This document shows positions 14,775 to 24,234 of a stretch of DNA of 35,659 nucleotides, piece by piece; position 1 is the first letter of the stretch, and every line of letters starts with the position of its first letter. The position numbers and the translations under genes were made by a program. Source of the DNA: a virus; IMG/VR virus record IMGVR_UViG_3300024520_000256; one strand, given 5' to 3'. The notes beneath the pieces are model-generated. The model saw only the letters and a program-made list of their open reading frames with translations. It was not told the origin of the DNA and made no database searches.

Positions 14775-16048
14775 TATTTACCTAATTTAAATTTATCTAT
14801 TAAACGTTGTTTTTCAGTAGCCTGCTTTTGAGCAACTTCTTTATCAGAAACAATAAAATCTTTCAAAGCCGTTGCTTTAACAGGGTTAAAGTTTTTTGAT
14901 TTCAATTTTGAGTTTGTATCATTAAACAATCGTTCCTCTAATCTATTCAGCTTGTTTATAGCTACTTCTGGACCCTCCCAAATCAATTTTAATTTTTCTG
15001 GGCTACCAGTGATAGCATTTAAAATATCCAAATCTGGACCAGCTAAAACACCTAAATCCGCTCCTTCAGGCCCTTTTTCCAATAGTTGCAAACTTCTAAG
15101 CTCTGAAGAAATAGCGGCAATTCTTGGGTCAGATGCATTAAAAATTGCTCCTATAGCTTTTATCTTGGACATTTCATTTAGTGCAGTCTTAGCCCTTCTA
15201 ATTCCGTCTGTTTTTCGAGAAGAAAAAGAAATAATTGATTGTCCTTTTTCTACATCTTTTTCAGAAATAGATTTTCCTTTTTTAACTGTAAGAATATCTG
15301 GAAGCCTAGATTTAAGCTCTGTTTGTTTTTCAGTGCGTATTCTAGCAGATTTTTCCTCTGGAGTTTCAGCAATCTTTCTTGCTTGTAACCTGTCTAAAAA
15401 ATCCTTATTCGTGTCGTTTCTTCGGATTAGAGAGTTTACAGTATTTTCAACTTCTGGAGTATATTCAGGAGTTTCAGACCCAAACCTTTTAACTATTTGT
15501 TCCGGGGTAAATATCCCTTCGTCAAGCAAATCTTGAATTCCCGTGTGCAATCCAGCTTCTCTTTCTTCTAAAGGGAGTGAAATAATACCTTTACCAATAC
15601 TAGCCGCAAGACTAACTCTACTTTTTGCGGCATCTAATTCTTTTTGCTCTGTTTCTTGAGCAAGTTTGTCTAGTTCTGCAATGCGTTTCGATTTAGCGTC
15701 TTCTTCTTCTTCTGCTTTTATATCGAACTCTTGTTGCCTTTGAGCCAACTGTTGTCTAGCTAGTTCACGAGCTTGAAGCTCTCCACTTATATCAAGAACT
15801 TTAGAACCTAGTCCTTTTTCTGCTAAACTACTTAAAAGTTCTCCTGGTTGTTGAAGTGCTCCCGTTTCAGGGTCGAATTGTGCTGTAGAAAAAACATCCT
15901 GTAGAGTTTCTTGTCTCTTCCTCTCTGCTCTTCGCGCTCTTCTTTCATCTAGAACATTTACAAGATTCAAACCTTGTTGAAGCCCTTGAAGAGTGTTGTC
16001 CTGACTTGGAGAAACCGCACCTAAAATAATATTCGGGTCAATGGCCAT
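14774..16048 (-). CDS. Internal virion / ejection protein candidate (gp20 position)
   Basis: 424 aa, charged coiled-coil regions, translationally coupled. Confidence 0.45.
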   Translation of the reverse strand: MAIDPNIILGAVSPSQDNTLQGLQQGLNLVNVLDERRARRAERKRQETLQDVFSTAQFDPETGALQQPGELLSSLAEKGLGSKVLDISGELQARELARQQLAQRQQEFDIKAEEEEDAKSKRIAELDKLAQETEQKELDAAKSRVSLAASIGKGIISLPLEEREAGLHTGIQDLLDEGIFTPEQIVKRFGSETPEYTPEVENTVNSLIRRNDTNKDFLDRLQARKIAETPEEKSARIRTEKQTELKSRLPDILTVKKGKSISEKDVEKGQSIISFSSRKTDGIRRAKTALNEMSKIKAIGAIFNASDPRIAAISSELRSLQLLEKGPEGADLGVLAGPDLDILNAITGSPEKLKLIWEGPEVAINKLNRLEERLFNDTNSKLKSKNFNPVKATALKDFIVSDKEVAQKQATEKQRLIDKFKLGK

Positions 16049-16890
16049 TATTTAATTCCACCTTGTAAGGCCAAAAGAGGGAGTAGTTGCTGAATAGTTC
16101 CGAATGGGCCACCCATAGCTCTACCCTGTGCAATTTCACGAGCGGAGCTAATATTGCCTAATGCCTGTTGACTTTGGGCTAGTTGTTGCCCTTGTCCTAC
16201 AAACTGACCACCGATTGAAGAAGCCAATTGAGGCCCAACGTTTGCGAGCCCTGCTAATGTACTTATTGGGGCTTGTTGTTCTGCAAATTGTTGACGCCTT
16301 CCAGCTAATAATTCACCAAACCTTTGACCCTGTGTTTGTGCTGCGAGTTGTTGCTGTGCTAAATTCTGCCCAAACTGTTGACCTTGTTGAGACTGAAAAC
16401 GATTAAAAGCTTGCCCCGCTTCTTGAGAGGCTAACCCTTGGTTAAACCTTAAAGATTCCTTTATGGCTCTTCCACCTAAAGCCCTACCTTTAGATGCTCC
16501 AAATCTTTCCAAAGCTTGTTCACCTTGTTGCTGTCTAAATTGAAAACCTGGGTCTTGTCCTAATATATCTTGAAGGGTGAATTGTTGTTGCCCTTGTTGG
16601 GGTTGAAAAGCTTGCGTTCCAGGTTCCAATGCTTGAGGCTGTTGCCCTAGTTGTTGGGTTGTTAAATCTTGTAGCGTTTGAAATGCTTGTTGCCCTCGTC
16701 TTAGAAAGGGTTGTTGAATTCCTAAAGCTTGTTGGAATTGTTGTTGTTGTTGCTTTTGTCCCTTTTCAACTGCTCTTGTTTGAATCCTTGCCGCATCTCT
16801 AGCAGATTCACCTTCAATTAAATTTTTAGCTATTCCAGAAGCTAATAACCCGCCACCAATCGCTAAAGCTGTTCCCGTTGCAACCGCCAT
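16048..16890 (-). CDS. Gln/Gly-rich internal virion protein candidate (gp7 position)
   Basis: N-terminal hydrophobic AIGGGLLASGIA. The DPGFQFRQQQGEQALER...GRALGGRAIK pattern recurs in podovirus internal proteins (from memory). Extensive Q-rich low complexity. Confidence 0.45.
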   Translation of the reverse strand: MAVATGTALAIGGGLLASGIAKNLIEGESARDAARIQTRAVEKGQKQQQQQFQQALGIQQPFLRRGQQAFQTLQDLTTQQLGQQPQALEPGTQAFQPQQGQQQFTLQDILGQDPGFQFRQQQGEQALERFGASKGRALGGRAIKESLRFNQGLASQEAGQAFNRFQSQQGQQFGQNLAQQQLAAQTQGQRFGELLAGRRQQFAEQQAPISTLAGLANVGPQLASSIGGQFVGQGQQLAQSQQALGNISSAREIAQGRAMGGPFGTIQQLLPLLALQGGIK

Positions 16891-17357
16891 TAATCTAACT
16901 CCTTAACATAATGAGTCTCTATTTCTCTATACCCTTTTTTTGTATAGATAGACTTTAATTTTTCAGGCATTAATTCATTAAGATGAACCATTGTTAATCT
17001 TTTAACCCCTAATTCCTCACTGATTTCTTCAAACCTATTTAAAAGCCGAAGCCCTCCGCCCCTATGCTCTTTTCTCATATACCAAAACGTTTCTGTAGCA
17101 GATAGCTCACCATCTAGAATATCTTCATAAAAGATAAAGCCAAACATTCCAACGATTTCGCCTTTTTTATGAGCTTTTAATATTATTCCCGTTCCGTTAT
17201 TGTAGAAGTTAATCCAATTTCTTTTGAAAACATCTTCTTTAAATGAGAAAGAGCTGTTCGATTCTTCAACAAACTCATAGCCTAGAGGGTATAATTGCTC
17301 GATATCCTGTACTTCTAGGATATCTATCTGTAATTTTTCATTAATTGTTTCTACCAC
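16890..17357 (-). CDS. GNAT-family N-acetyltransferase
   Basis: Motif A: MRKEHRGGGLRLLNRFEEISEELGVKRLTM (R-x-x-G-x-G type acetyl-CoA loop), preceded by beta strands IVGMFGFIF. GTG start with an AAGGAA SD. Confidence 0.7.
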   Translation of the reverse strand: MVETINEKLQIDILEVQDIEQLYPLGYEFVEESNSSFSFKEDVFKRNWINFYNNGTGIILKAHKKGEIVGMFGFIFYEDILDGELSATETFWYMRKEHRGGGLRLLNRFEEISEELGVKRLTMVHLNELMPEKLKSIYTKKGYREIETHYVKELD

Positions 17358-17440
17358 TATGTTCCTTATTGTGTACTCGTTTGCATATAGTGGTAGCTAT
17401 AAGAAGGGGGGGTGAGTACTTTCTATTAATATAATTAAAA

Positions 17441-17917
17441 TTAAATAATAATCCTATAGTTTCCCGTAATTGATATTGAATCAGTCACAGTTGCCCATGT
17501 TGGAGTATAATGTCTTACCTTCCCATTTAATGTACCTGTGCTCTTTAGAACAGGCCCTGAACCGATACTAATATTGGTTGATATATTGTCTGTTTGGCCT
17601 TGCCCATCAACAGCAGAGAGAAAGGGTAAATTATTTATATATGTGGTTCCCGCTGTACTTGAAGTGTTTGTACCTGGAACAATTTTTACATCAAAAAAGA
17701 CCATGGTATTGAACCTATAATAATTTCCTGTAATTGTTGCCGTCCCTACTTCAGTCAAACTCGTAAACGTTGGAGTGAATGATATGACTTGACTATTTCT
17801 TTGCCCAAGCATCTTTTCAATACTTGTAAACCATTTTCCCCACACAAGACCTAAGCCATTCATTCCGAATAATTGGGATTGAATAGGTGCTGGGTTTATA
17901 TATTCTTTTGCGTCCAT
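17441..17917 (-). CDS. Hypothetical virion protein
   Basis: 158 aa, beta-rich; TAATG junction with the upstream gene. Confidence 0.45.
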   Translation of the reverse strand: MDAKEYINPAPIQSQLFGMNGLGLVWGKWFTSIEKMLGQRNSQVISFTPTFTSLTEVGTATITGNYYRFNTMVFFDVKIVPGTNTSSTAGTTYINNLPFLSAVDGQGQTDNISTNISIGSGPVLKSTGTLNGKVRHYTPTWATVTDSISITGNYRIII

Positions 17918-19065
17918 TAATTTCTTAAAGCCTTACTTTCAATTGTTCCACCCGTAATAGCTACTTTCACCTTGGATGTAGTTTGAATTTCATAAACTCT
18001 ATTTCTTGATGTTCCGAGCCTATCCCACCTAACCCTAGTTTCATACTCTCCTTTTTTACCCATTGAGCGCCAATGCTCATTTCCCCAAGACCTAGCCCCA
18101 TTTTCTGACCATCTAAGTCTTATTTGTGGGTCTACATCTGGACCAGCCACAATAGTGTAATTAACAGCTGAGCTCGTTCCTTCAGTTGTTGTCAAAGTGA
18201 CAGGATGAACCCCCAATTCTAAACCGGGAACCGTCACCCCTGTTATTAAAGTGGGGTTGTATGTTGTTCCTGTAACTGCCGTTCCATCAAAATCAATTGT
18301 GGGGTCAGCAATTGAAGGAGAATTTAAAAGGTTTGTTCTATCTGAAGAGGTTAATAAATAATTATCATAATATCTGAAATCATCAATTTGACCGTCAAAA
18401 TAATTAGCAACTCCAGAACCATAATCTGAAGCACCTACCCTTAAAAATCCTGTTGTAGAATCAAAAGTTGAAGATGTACCAGGGCCAATAGTTGAAACAT
18501 TATCAATATAAACAGTAGTTAACATTGTTCTAGGAGAAGAAAAAAGGGTTCTAGTTACGATAATATTATACCAAGTATCAACAACCATTGAGCCACCGCG
18601 AGCAGTAAAACTAGGAGGAGTATTGGGTCCATAGTAATAATTTATCCTACCTGAAGCATCCACATAAAGAGTTTGAGCGTTAGTGTCTACAGTTGTATCT
18701 CCATTTTGGAAAATAACCATTGAATCCCTTAATACGTCCATCTTAATCCAAAAAGACATAGACCAAGTTCTTAAATCATCAGTGGTCCCCATAATTCCAG
18801 GGTGGGTTAAAGTGCTCGTTACATACTGAGAAGTTCCATTTAAATTTATTGCTTGATTTATTTTACCCGTTACATATGTGGGAGAACCCGAACTCGTTTG
18901 AGCGTAGTTTCCTAATGCGTCTGTATCATCCCCGTCAAAACGTAGGTGCATACTTCCAGCGTTGCCAACTGTAGGTTCTACTTTTAAATCGGTTCCTATT
19001 ATTCCAAATGTAGAACCAACAATACCCCTATTGGGTTGTAAGCTTGTGATTGCTGGGGCGGTCAT
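17917..19065 (-). CDS. LamG (concanavalin-like lectin) domain protein with IPT-like segments and a gp10-type C-terminal module
   Basis: LRFDGDD...INLNGTSQYV...WSMSFWIKMD...YFDGQIDDFRYYD is the Laminin_G_3 pattern. The last 70 aa are paralogous to the 77-aa ORF 19065..19298. Confidence 0.6.
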   Translation of the reverse strand: MTAPAITSLQPNRGIVGSTFGIIGTDLKVEPTVGNAGSMHLRFDGDDTDALGNYAQTSSGSPTYVTGKINQAINLNGTSQYVTSTLTHPGIMGTTDDLRTWSMSFWIKMDVLRDSMVIFQNGDTTVDTNAQTLYVDASGRINYYYGPNTPPSFTARGGSMVVDTWYNIIVTRTLFSSPRTMLTTVYIDNVSTIGPGTSSTFDSTTGFLRVGASDYGSGVANYFDGQIDDFRYYDNYLLTSSDRTNLLNSPSIADPTIDFDGTAVTGTTYNPTLITGVTVPGLELGVHPVTLTTTEGTSSAVNYTIVAGPDVDPQIRLRWSENGARSWGNEHWRSMGKKGEYETRVRWDRLGTSRNRVYEIQTTSKVKVAITGGTIESKALRN

Positions 19066-19298
19066 TAATTCCTCAATGGCTTAGTTTCGATTGTTCCGCC
19101 TTTTATTGCAACTTTTACGGGAGCCGTTACCCTTATCTCATAAATCCTGTTTCTCGCTACACCTAAACGATTCCATTTTATTCTCTTTCTATACTCACCC
19201 TTCTTGCCCATTGGAAGCCAATGTTCATTACTCCAATTTCTGGCTTTATTATTTGACCATCTAAGCATTATTTGGGGGTTAGATTCTGCTTCAGCCAT
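19065..19298 (-). CDS. Stand-alone copy of the gp10-type C-terminal module (77 aa)
   Basis: PQIMLRWSNNKARNWSNEHW..MGKKGEY.KR.KWNRLG.ARNRIYEI...VKVAIKGGTIE. 48 of 70 positions are identical to the C-terminus of 17917..19065. TAATG junctions on both sides. Confidence 0.65.
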   Translation of the reverse strand: MAEAESNPQIMLRWSNNKARNWSNEHWLPMGKKGEYRKRIKWNRLGVARNRIYEIRVTAPVKVAIKGGTIETKPLRN

Positions 19299-20542
19299 TA
19301 GCTTGTTAACCCCACACCTGTTTCCATAACAATTTGTAAACTATTATGTCTTACTCTTTTTTCATCTGAATCTATGTGCTGACAAGTTCTAATTCTTGGT
19401 ATTCTATCCCCATTATCATCATAAGTATTTGTATCAAATTCATAAATAAGAGGTTTACTGTGGTCTCCAACTAATACTTTATTGAATGCTGAAATAGCAT
19501 TTATTCCTCTATGCTTCTTGAGGTTTCCCGTTGAGGGTTGTAAATAGGCTTTCTCATGCCAAACCCCTGTAACTTCATCATAACAAAATGTCATTTCGTC
19601 AGCTTGGAATGATAATGTATAAACTGGATGCCCTTCTAATTCGTATGTATACCCAACAGCATCTTCAGGAGTAGACATTTCATTTATCTTTCTTTCAATT
19701 GGGTGGGTACTTATTCTTTGTGATTGAAAGTTTACACTTTTGTAAATGCTACCAATTCCTTGTTCACTTCTTCCCAACCAGAAAATAGAATCATTCATTT
19801 TGGCAGCGGAATATCTAGCCAATATACCACGCTCAATTATAGCTCCTGGTATTCTTTCCATTGGGAAATCGTTGTTTCCCGTATCCTGAAAAACTTCAAC
19901 ACCATTTGAACCAAGCAACCAAATGTTTTGATTAGTGATTAAGAAAGATTCAATTATATCCGGGTTGCTTTCAGCTGTTCCGAAATCTAAAGCGTTCCAT
20001 GTAGTACCATCCAACAGCCCAGAGATAAAGAAGTCTTGTGTATTAAGTTGATTAACTAGAAAGAACTGGTCTAAGAAACCTGCATGTGTTGGAGAGCTTG
20101 GAAACCCTCCAGAGTTTGGAAAGTTGGTTGTGTTTATTTCCAATAATGTATTAGTGGTTAAAGTAAGTAGATATCCATTGAACCCATCCACAATCAACAA
20201 CTCAGAACCATTATCAACCATACTGACAGTTCCAATAGTTGTATTAATTGTACCTAGATTTGTTTCTATTCCTGAGCTATTAACCTCATAAAGAATATTT
20301 CCAGATACTGTAAAATACCTTCCTTTTGCTGTTTTATATTGACCCCTAATCCCTCCGCCTGTAGTCAAATTGGCAAATAGCTTTAAGCCTGGAGTTCCGT
20401 ACATTATTTGACCATCTGTATTTTGAGACTCTGGAGGAGCGTATTCTAAATATAGATTTACAGACCTTTGAGCCGCAAATGGTAAACTTCTGGCCTCATA
20501 AGCAGGCCCAAGAAAAGGAAACTTCAAGAAATAGTACTCCAA
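19298..20542 (-). CDS. P22 gp10-like tail hub / packaged-DNA stabilisation protein; body only
   Basis: FLGPAYEARS...NLY.E........MYGTPGL... is the N-terminal pattern of the phage stabilisation protein family. The gene follows the gp4-like adaptor, as in P22. Confidence 0.55.
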   Translation of the reverse strand: MEYYFLKFPFLGPAYEARSLPFAAQRSVNLYLEYAPPESQNTDGQIMYGTPGLKLFANLTTGGGIRGQYKTAKGRYFTVSGNILYEVNSSGIETNLGTINTTIGTVSMVDNGSELLIVDGFNGYLLTLTTNTLLEINTTNFPNSGGFPSSPTHAGFLDQFFLVNQLNTQDFFISGLLDGTTWNALDFGTAESNPDIIESFLITNQNIWLLGSNGVEVFQDTGNNDFPMERIPGAIIERGILARYSAAKMNDSIFWLGRSEQGIGSIYKSVNFQSQRISTHPIERKINEMSTPEDAVGYTYELEGHPVYTLSFQADEMTFCYDEVTGVWHEKAYLQPSTGNLKKHRGINAISAFNKVLVGDHSKPLIYEFDTNTYDDNGDRIPRIRTCQHIDSDEKRVRHNSLQIVMETGVGLTS

Positions 20543-21237
20543 TAAAAGTCTTCGTCAAGCCCATCAGAAAAAACATCATCAAATATTGTAGGAGTTCTTT
20601 CATAATCATTATTAACATCTTCAAGAAGTGCTTTAAGTCTACCCGCTTCATCTTTTACAGCTTGTTCAACTGGAGCCCCGTATTCATAACTCAACCTAAT
20701 AGCTAAGGCATAGATTAAAGCATATTCATAACCAGGCGGCAAGCTAGCAGAAGTTGCCAACGTTGAGAAAGCTGTAAATTGTAGTTCACTTGTAAAATGA
20801 AGAGTATTAGCAGTGTTTGGAGTTGGATACAATGTTATTGTTCCATTTGGATACCCTGGATTATAAAACAATGTACTAGGAATATCTGATTTATTTGTTT
20901 TCTGGAAAATTCTATCAAATTCACCTTTATTGACAACCCTTAAACTATAATCGACGTTGCTAGAATCACGAATAAAAGCCGATATAATTCGGGTTGGTCT
21001 CGTTGTGTCAATAGTGGCACCTGAACCAATTGTATAACTGGCCGTTGTTGCTACTAATGTATGACTTCCCTCTGTCTTCTGGAATGTCATCAACTTCTCA
21101 ATTGACCACGATTCTAGAATATAATTTAAAACAATCCTAGCATCTTCTGATTGAGATGCCTGAAGTGTTTCACCATCCGCTAATATTCCTGTGAGCCTAA
21201 AGGCCCTATTGATTAGCTCCTGTGCTGTTGCTGCCAT
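20524..21237 (-). CDS. Head-to-tail adaptor, P22 gp4-like
   Basis: ELINRAFRLTGILADGETLQASQSEDARIVLNYILESWSIE parallels P22 gp4 [40 protein letters not shown] (from memory). The start at ATG 21237 lies 9 nt after AAGGAG. Confidence 0.6.
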   Translation of the reverse strand: MAATAQELINRAFRLTGILADGETLQASQSEDARIVLNYILESWSIEKLMTFQKTEGSHTLVATTASYTIGSGATIDTTRPTRIISAFIRDSSNVDYSLRVVNKGEFDRIFQKTNKSDIPSTLFYNPGYPNGTITLYPTPNTANTLHFTSELQFTAFSTLATSASLPPGYEYALIYALAIRLSYEYGAPVEQAVKDEAGRLKALLEDVNNDYERTPTIFDDVFSDGLDEDFYWSTIS

Positions 21238-21694
21238 CTTCATCATCTCCTTCAATAAGGATTTCAGTTTGTTTTATCATATTCAATAAGGAAAACTTTT
21301 TATCTAAATCTTCACCTAAATGTACAGAAACAAGCTTTTCCAACTCGGATTTCTTAGCACTCAATTCATCACCTCTAAAGGTTTTGCTATCAACAGAGTC
21401 TTTAAAATCATCCAGCCATTGAAGAGTTTTTACCGAACTAGCTAAACTAGTCACTTCAACCTTAGGAGCTTCTTTAGCTTTTTTTAATTCAGCTTCAAAT
21501 ATTCTGCTTTCTTTAGGGCTTTTCTTATAGTTCTTTGAAACGTATTCATCGTAAGATGCTTCAGTTTCAATGAGAACACTATCACATATCCCACTAACTT
21601 CTCTATGAAGCCACTTTCGTTCAAAGCTCTCTTCTCTTAAGAGAAATTCTTTTTTAAACAACTCTTTCAACTTTAAATATTCTTGGTCTGTCAT
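21206..21694 (-). CDS. Hypothetical head-module protein
   Basis: 162-aa charged helical ORF between the decoration-like gene and the adaptor. Confidence 0.5.
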   Translation of the reverse strand: MTDQEYLKLKELFKKEFLLREESFERKWLHREVSGICDSVLIETEASYDEYVSKNYKKSPKESRIFEAELKKAKEAPKVEVTSLASSVKTLQWLDDFKDSVDSKTFRGDELSAKKSELEKLVSVHLGEDLDKKFSLLNMIKQTEILIEGDDEDGSNSTGANQ

Positions 21695-21741
21695 TCTATT
21701 CCTTTCTAAAAAAGGGGTCTAAATTAATAGACCCCTAAAGT

Positions 21742-22212
21742 TTAAGCTGCAACCGCTTTGATTATCGCATAATTAATAACTATTGCCCCTGTTTCAGCCG
21801 TTCCAGCTGCCACATTGTTATTAATAACAGTGATTTCAAAAGTGCCTGCTGCCGTATCAGTTACAACAACATCAGTATTCAATGCTACTGCATCTCTAAA
21901 GCTAATCACAATAACATCTGCTTCAGCAACTGAAGAGTTTGTAACTGTGAATTTAGCAGAAGCTTCAGCCGCGAGCGAAGAATTATCTGTTGTTATTTGA
22001 CCACAAATACTATTAATTGTTACACCTGTTGCTCTACTTGTTATTTGAGTAACAGTTGAACCCGCTCCCGTCTTGTACCCTATGCCCAATGAAGAGCTAC
22101 TTGAGAGTACAGAAGAAGTAGTTGACAAAGGTCCACGAATAGAAGTGGTTTCATCCGCTCCGTAATCAATGGTATTTGTACCTGCTGCGTTTGTATTTGG
22201 ATTTGTTCCCAT
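21742..22212 (-). CDS. Ala/Thr/Ser-rich beta protein next to the coat gene (possible capsid decoration protein)
   Basis: Position immediately after the coat gene, and 156 aa of beta-rich composition. Function is inferred from context only. Confidence 0.35.
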   Translation of the reverse strand: MGTNPNTNAAGTNTIDYGADETTSIRGPLSTTSSVLSSSSSLGIGYKTGAGSTVTQITSRATGVTINSICGQITTDNSSLAAEASAKFTVTNSSVAEADVIVISFRDAVALNTDVVVTDTAAGTFEITVINNNVAAGTAETGAIVINYAIIKAVAA

Positions 22213-22222
22213 TTTTTTCTCC

Positions 22223-23413
22223 TTATGCTCCCCAAAGCCTTACAGCCCAACGAGGAATTACTGTTATGAAACCATATAAAATATCTAAGCGGTAAAGCAT
22301 GTCATCATTTTTACCGTCCCAAACTTTGGCCAATCGCATAGAGATACCGTCAAAATTCATCCTTGACTCGAAATCTGTCATACCTGGAAGAGGTAAATCA
22401 ACAGTTGCAATAGTAAAGGCTTTTTTATGATAAATCATGTTTTGGTCAAAAGCAGTTGAATTAGTTCCTAACTCAGCAATAACAGCACTAGAAGCTGGAA
22501 GAGCATCAACATTTTGAAGAGGTCCCTCAGCATACATGGCAGGGTCAACAGAAACTGTTCCCGCTCCGCCTGCATAGTCAGCCGTAACAGTAAATTCTTT
22601 CAATCCGCCAGTAGTTTGTTTACTAAGTGGATTAACTTGGTTTACTGCTGCAACAGTAAGGATATCACCTTTTGTGAAGGTTCCCGTTCCTGTTGTTACT
22701 GATAAGGTACTAGCCCCTTCAGAAGCTGCCGTATTTATAACATAGTTCCCATCTCCAGTTCCAACCGTATGACGATTAACATTCACAGACTCTGCAAATT
22801 CTAATCCAGCCATTGTTCCCATGTTACCAGTAACAAATTGATTTCTCAATTGGCTTCTGTCTTCGAAACGATTTGTTCCAAGACCGTTAACTAGGGCACT
22901 CATTCCATCAGGAGAAAGAACCGCTGAGCGTTCAGTTTGAGGGGTTGAATTTTTTGTCAAATATGCTTTTGCATCTGTAAAAGGAAGCATAGTTGCTGGA
23001 TGAGTTCCGGGTGTTCCTGTATGGTTTGCCACTTGTTGGTAAGCATCTGTAAAGCATTCATATTCAATCCCACTAGATAAAGTATTCATTGCGGGAGTAA
23101 TAATTTGTTCGCTAAACATTGAAATGTCTTGCTCTAGTTCTGCCGTTGAGAAACGAAGGTCAACACCGCGATACCTGGTTTTACTCAAAGTAACACTTTG
23201 TTCCTTGTTGTCTTGTACGTCCACTGTTTTACCTGAACGCATTTTATATTCTTTTGGCACCTGAATCTTAACAAAATCACCTGCTTTTGCACCTGCTACT
23301 TCATAGGAGTCATCATACTCTCTACCAATACCTTGCAAAAAGGGTGTATTGTTCTTAAACTGGGCCAAACCTTCTTTGACAATTATATCTGCCGTGATTT
23401 GTTCGTTAGCCAT
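22223..23413 (-). CDS. Major capsid protein, P22 gp5-like coat
   Basis: 396 aa following the scaffold gene, with a strong AAGAGG SD. The layout resembles P22 coat, for example FTKGDILTVAAVNQVNP.. against KRGDKISFAGVKFLG.., and it ends in a hydrophobic C-terminus. Confidence 0.75.
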   Translation of the reverse strand: MANEQITADIIVKEGLAQFKNNTPFLQGIGREYDDSYEVAGAKAGDFVKIQVPKEYKMRSGKTVDVQDNKEQSVTLSKTRYRGVDLRFSTAELEQDISMFSEQIITPAMNTLSSGIEYECFTDAYQQVANHTGTPGTHPATMLPFTDAKAYLTKNSTPQTERSAVLSPDGMSALVNGLGTNRFEDRSQLRNQFVTGNMGTMAGLEFAESVNVNRHTVGTGDGNYVINTAASEGASTLSVTTGTGTFTKGDILTVAAVNQVNPLSKQTTGGLKEFTVTADYAGGAGTVSVDPAMYAEGPLQNVDALPASSAVIAELGTNSTAFDQNMIYHKKAFTIATVDLPLPGMTDFESRMNFDGISMRLAKVWDGKNDDMLYRLDILYGFITVIPRWAVRLWGA

Positions 23414-23433
23414 TTAAGCCTCTTGGTTTGTAT

Positions 23434-24219
23434 TTATCCGAACCTCTGTTTATAATAATCATCAACAGAGGTGTTTTTATTCCTCATGCTCGGCTTACCA
23501 GGAGTTTTTTGGGTCCTACCAGGATTGATAGGTGCAGGTGCCTTACTTTTTGGTTTTTGTTTCCTTTTTTTAGGGCTGGCAAGGGTGCCCTTGATTCTTC
23601 CGAGTTCCCAAACTAATTCTTCTCCTTCCATGGATTTTAAATCGTTTAGTTCATCGGGGTGCATGCCTAGGTAATACAGAAGTCTTGCACCCGTTTTCTT
23701 TGCGCCCATGATTTTTGACCCCAACTCGGAATCAATATCAACAGAAATTGAGTGTATTACTTCAGAAAAGTCTTCGTATTCGTCACTAACTTCGTCCATT
23801 GCTACAGCGAAATTATGTTTAATATCTATTTCTTTTTGTGCGGCTTGTGTTTTTTTATTCTCTTTATCCGCTTTCTCTTGGTTCTCATCCCATTTTTTTT
23901 GGGCTTCTCTTCGCCCTACTTCCTTATAATATTCTTCTTCGGATTCAAAATCAACTAATCTCAAAGGTTTGTCATTAGAGCCATTCTTTAATTTATTTAG
24001 TTCTTCTTCAGCTCGCAAAGCTCTTTCTTCAGCTGCGCTTGCCCTTCTAGAAGCATCTTTTTCTTTTTTATGAAGACCATCAATCCGTTTTTGATTTTTG
24101 GATACCCATTTATCACGAGCTTCTTCCTTTTTCTGCTCTTCAGTTTTTTCTTCGTTAGATTCTTCTCCAGAATTTTCTTCTAGTTCTAAATCTTCAATTG
24201 TTTCTTCTTCATCTAGCAT
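23434..24219 (-). CDS. Scaffolding protein
   Basis: 261 aa with a very acidic N-terminus, long charged helices and a basic C-terminal tail. It lies between the portal and coat genes. Confidence 0.6.
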   Translation of the reverse strand: MLDEEETIEDLELEENSGEESNEEKTEEQKKEEARDKWVSKNQKRIDGLHKKEKDASRRASAAEERALRAEEELNKLKNGSNDKPLRLVDFESEEEYYKEVGRREAQKKWDENQEKADKENKKTQAAQKEIDIKHNFAVAMDEVSDEYEDFSEVIHSISVDIDSELGSKIMGAKKTGARLLYYLGMHPDELNDLKSMEGEELVWELGRIKGTLASPKKRKQKPKSKAPAPINPGRTQKTPGKPSMRNKNTSVDDYYKQRFG

Positions 24220-24234
24220 GGTTTTTACTCCAAG

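Noticed and set aside
14952-15536. 194-aa plus-strand ORF, along with all other plus-strand ORFs in the track (for example 789..1040, 24098..24457 and 32676..33050)
   Set aside because: Each lies entirely antisense to a longer, better-supported minus-strand gene. They have low-complexity Ser/Phe/Leu-rich composition typical of shadow frames, and I could not see an SD or promoter context for any of them.
16048-16890. Gln-rich protein as a prion-like or repeat-expansion curiosity
   Set aside because: The Q/G-rich composition and the DPGFQF...ALER core resemble internal virion proteins of other podoviruses. The position in the ejection-protein slot explains it adequately.
17358-17440. Possible regulatory hairpin (TATAG-ctacca-CTATA) and C7 run between the 158-aa gene and the GNAT gene
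   Set aside because: The stem is only 5 bp and AT-rich, with no U-tract. The gap is short and mostly taken up by the SD for the GTG start of the GNAT gene.
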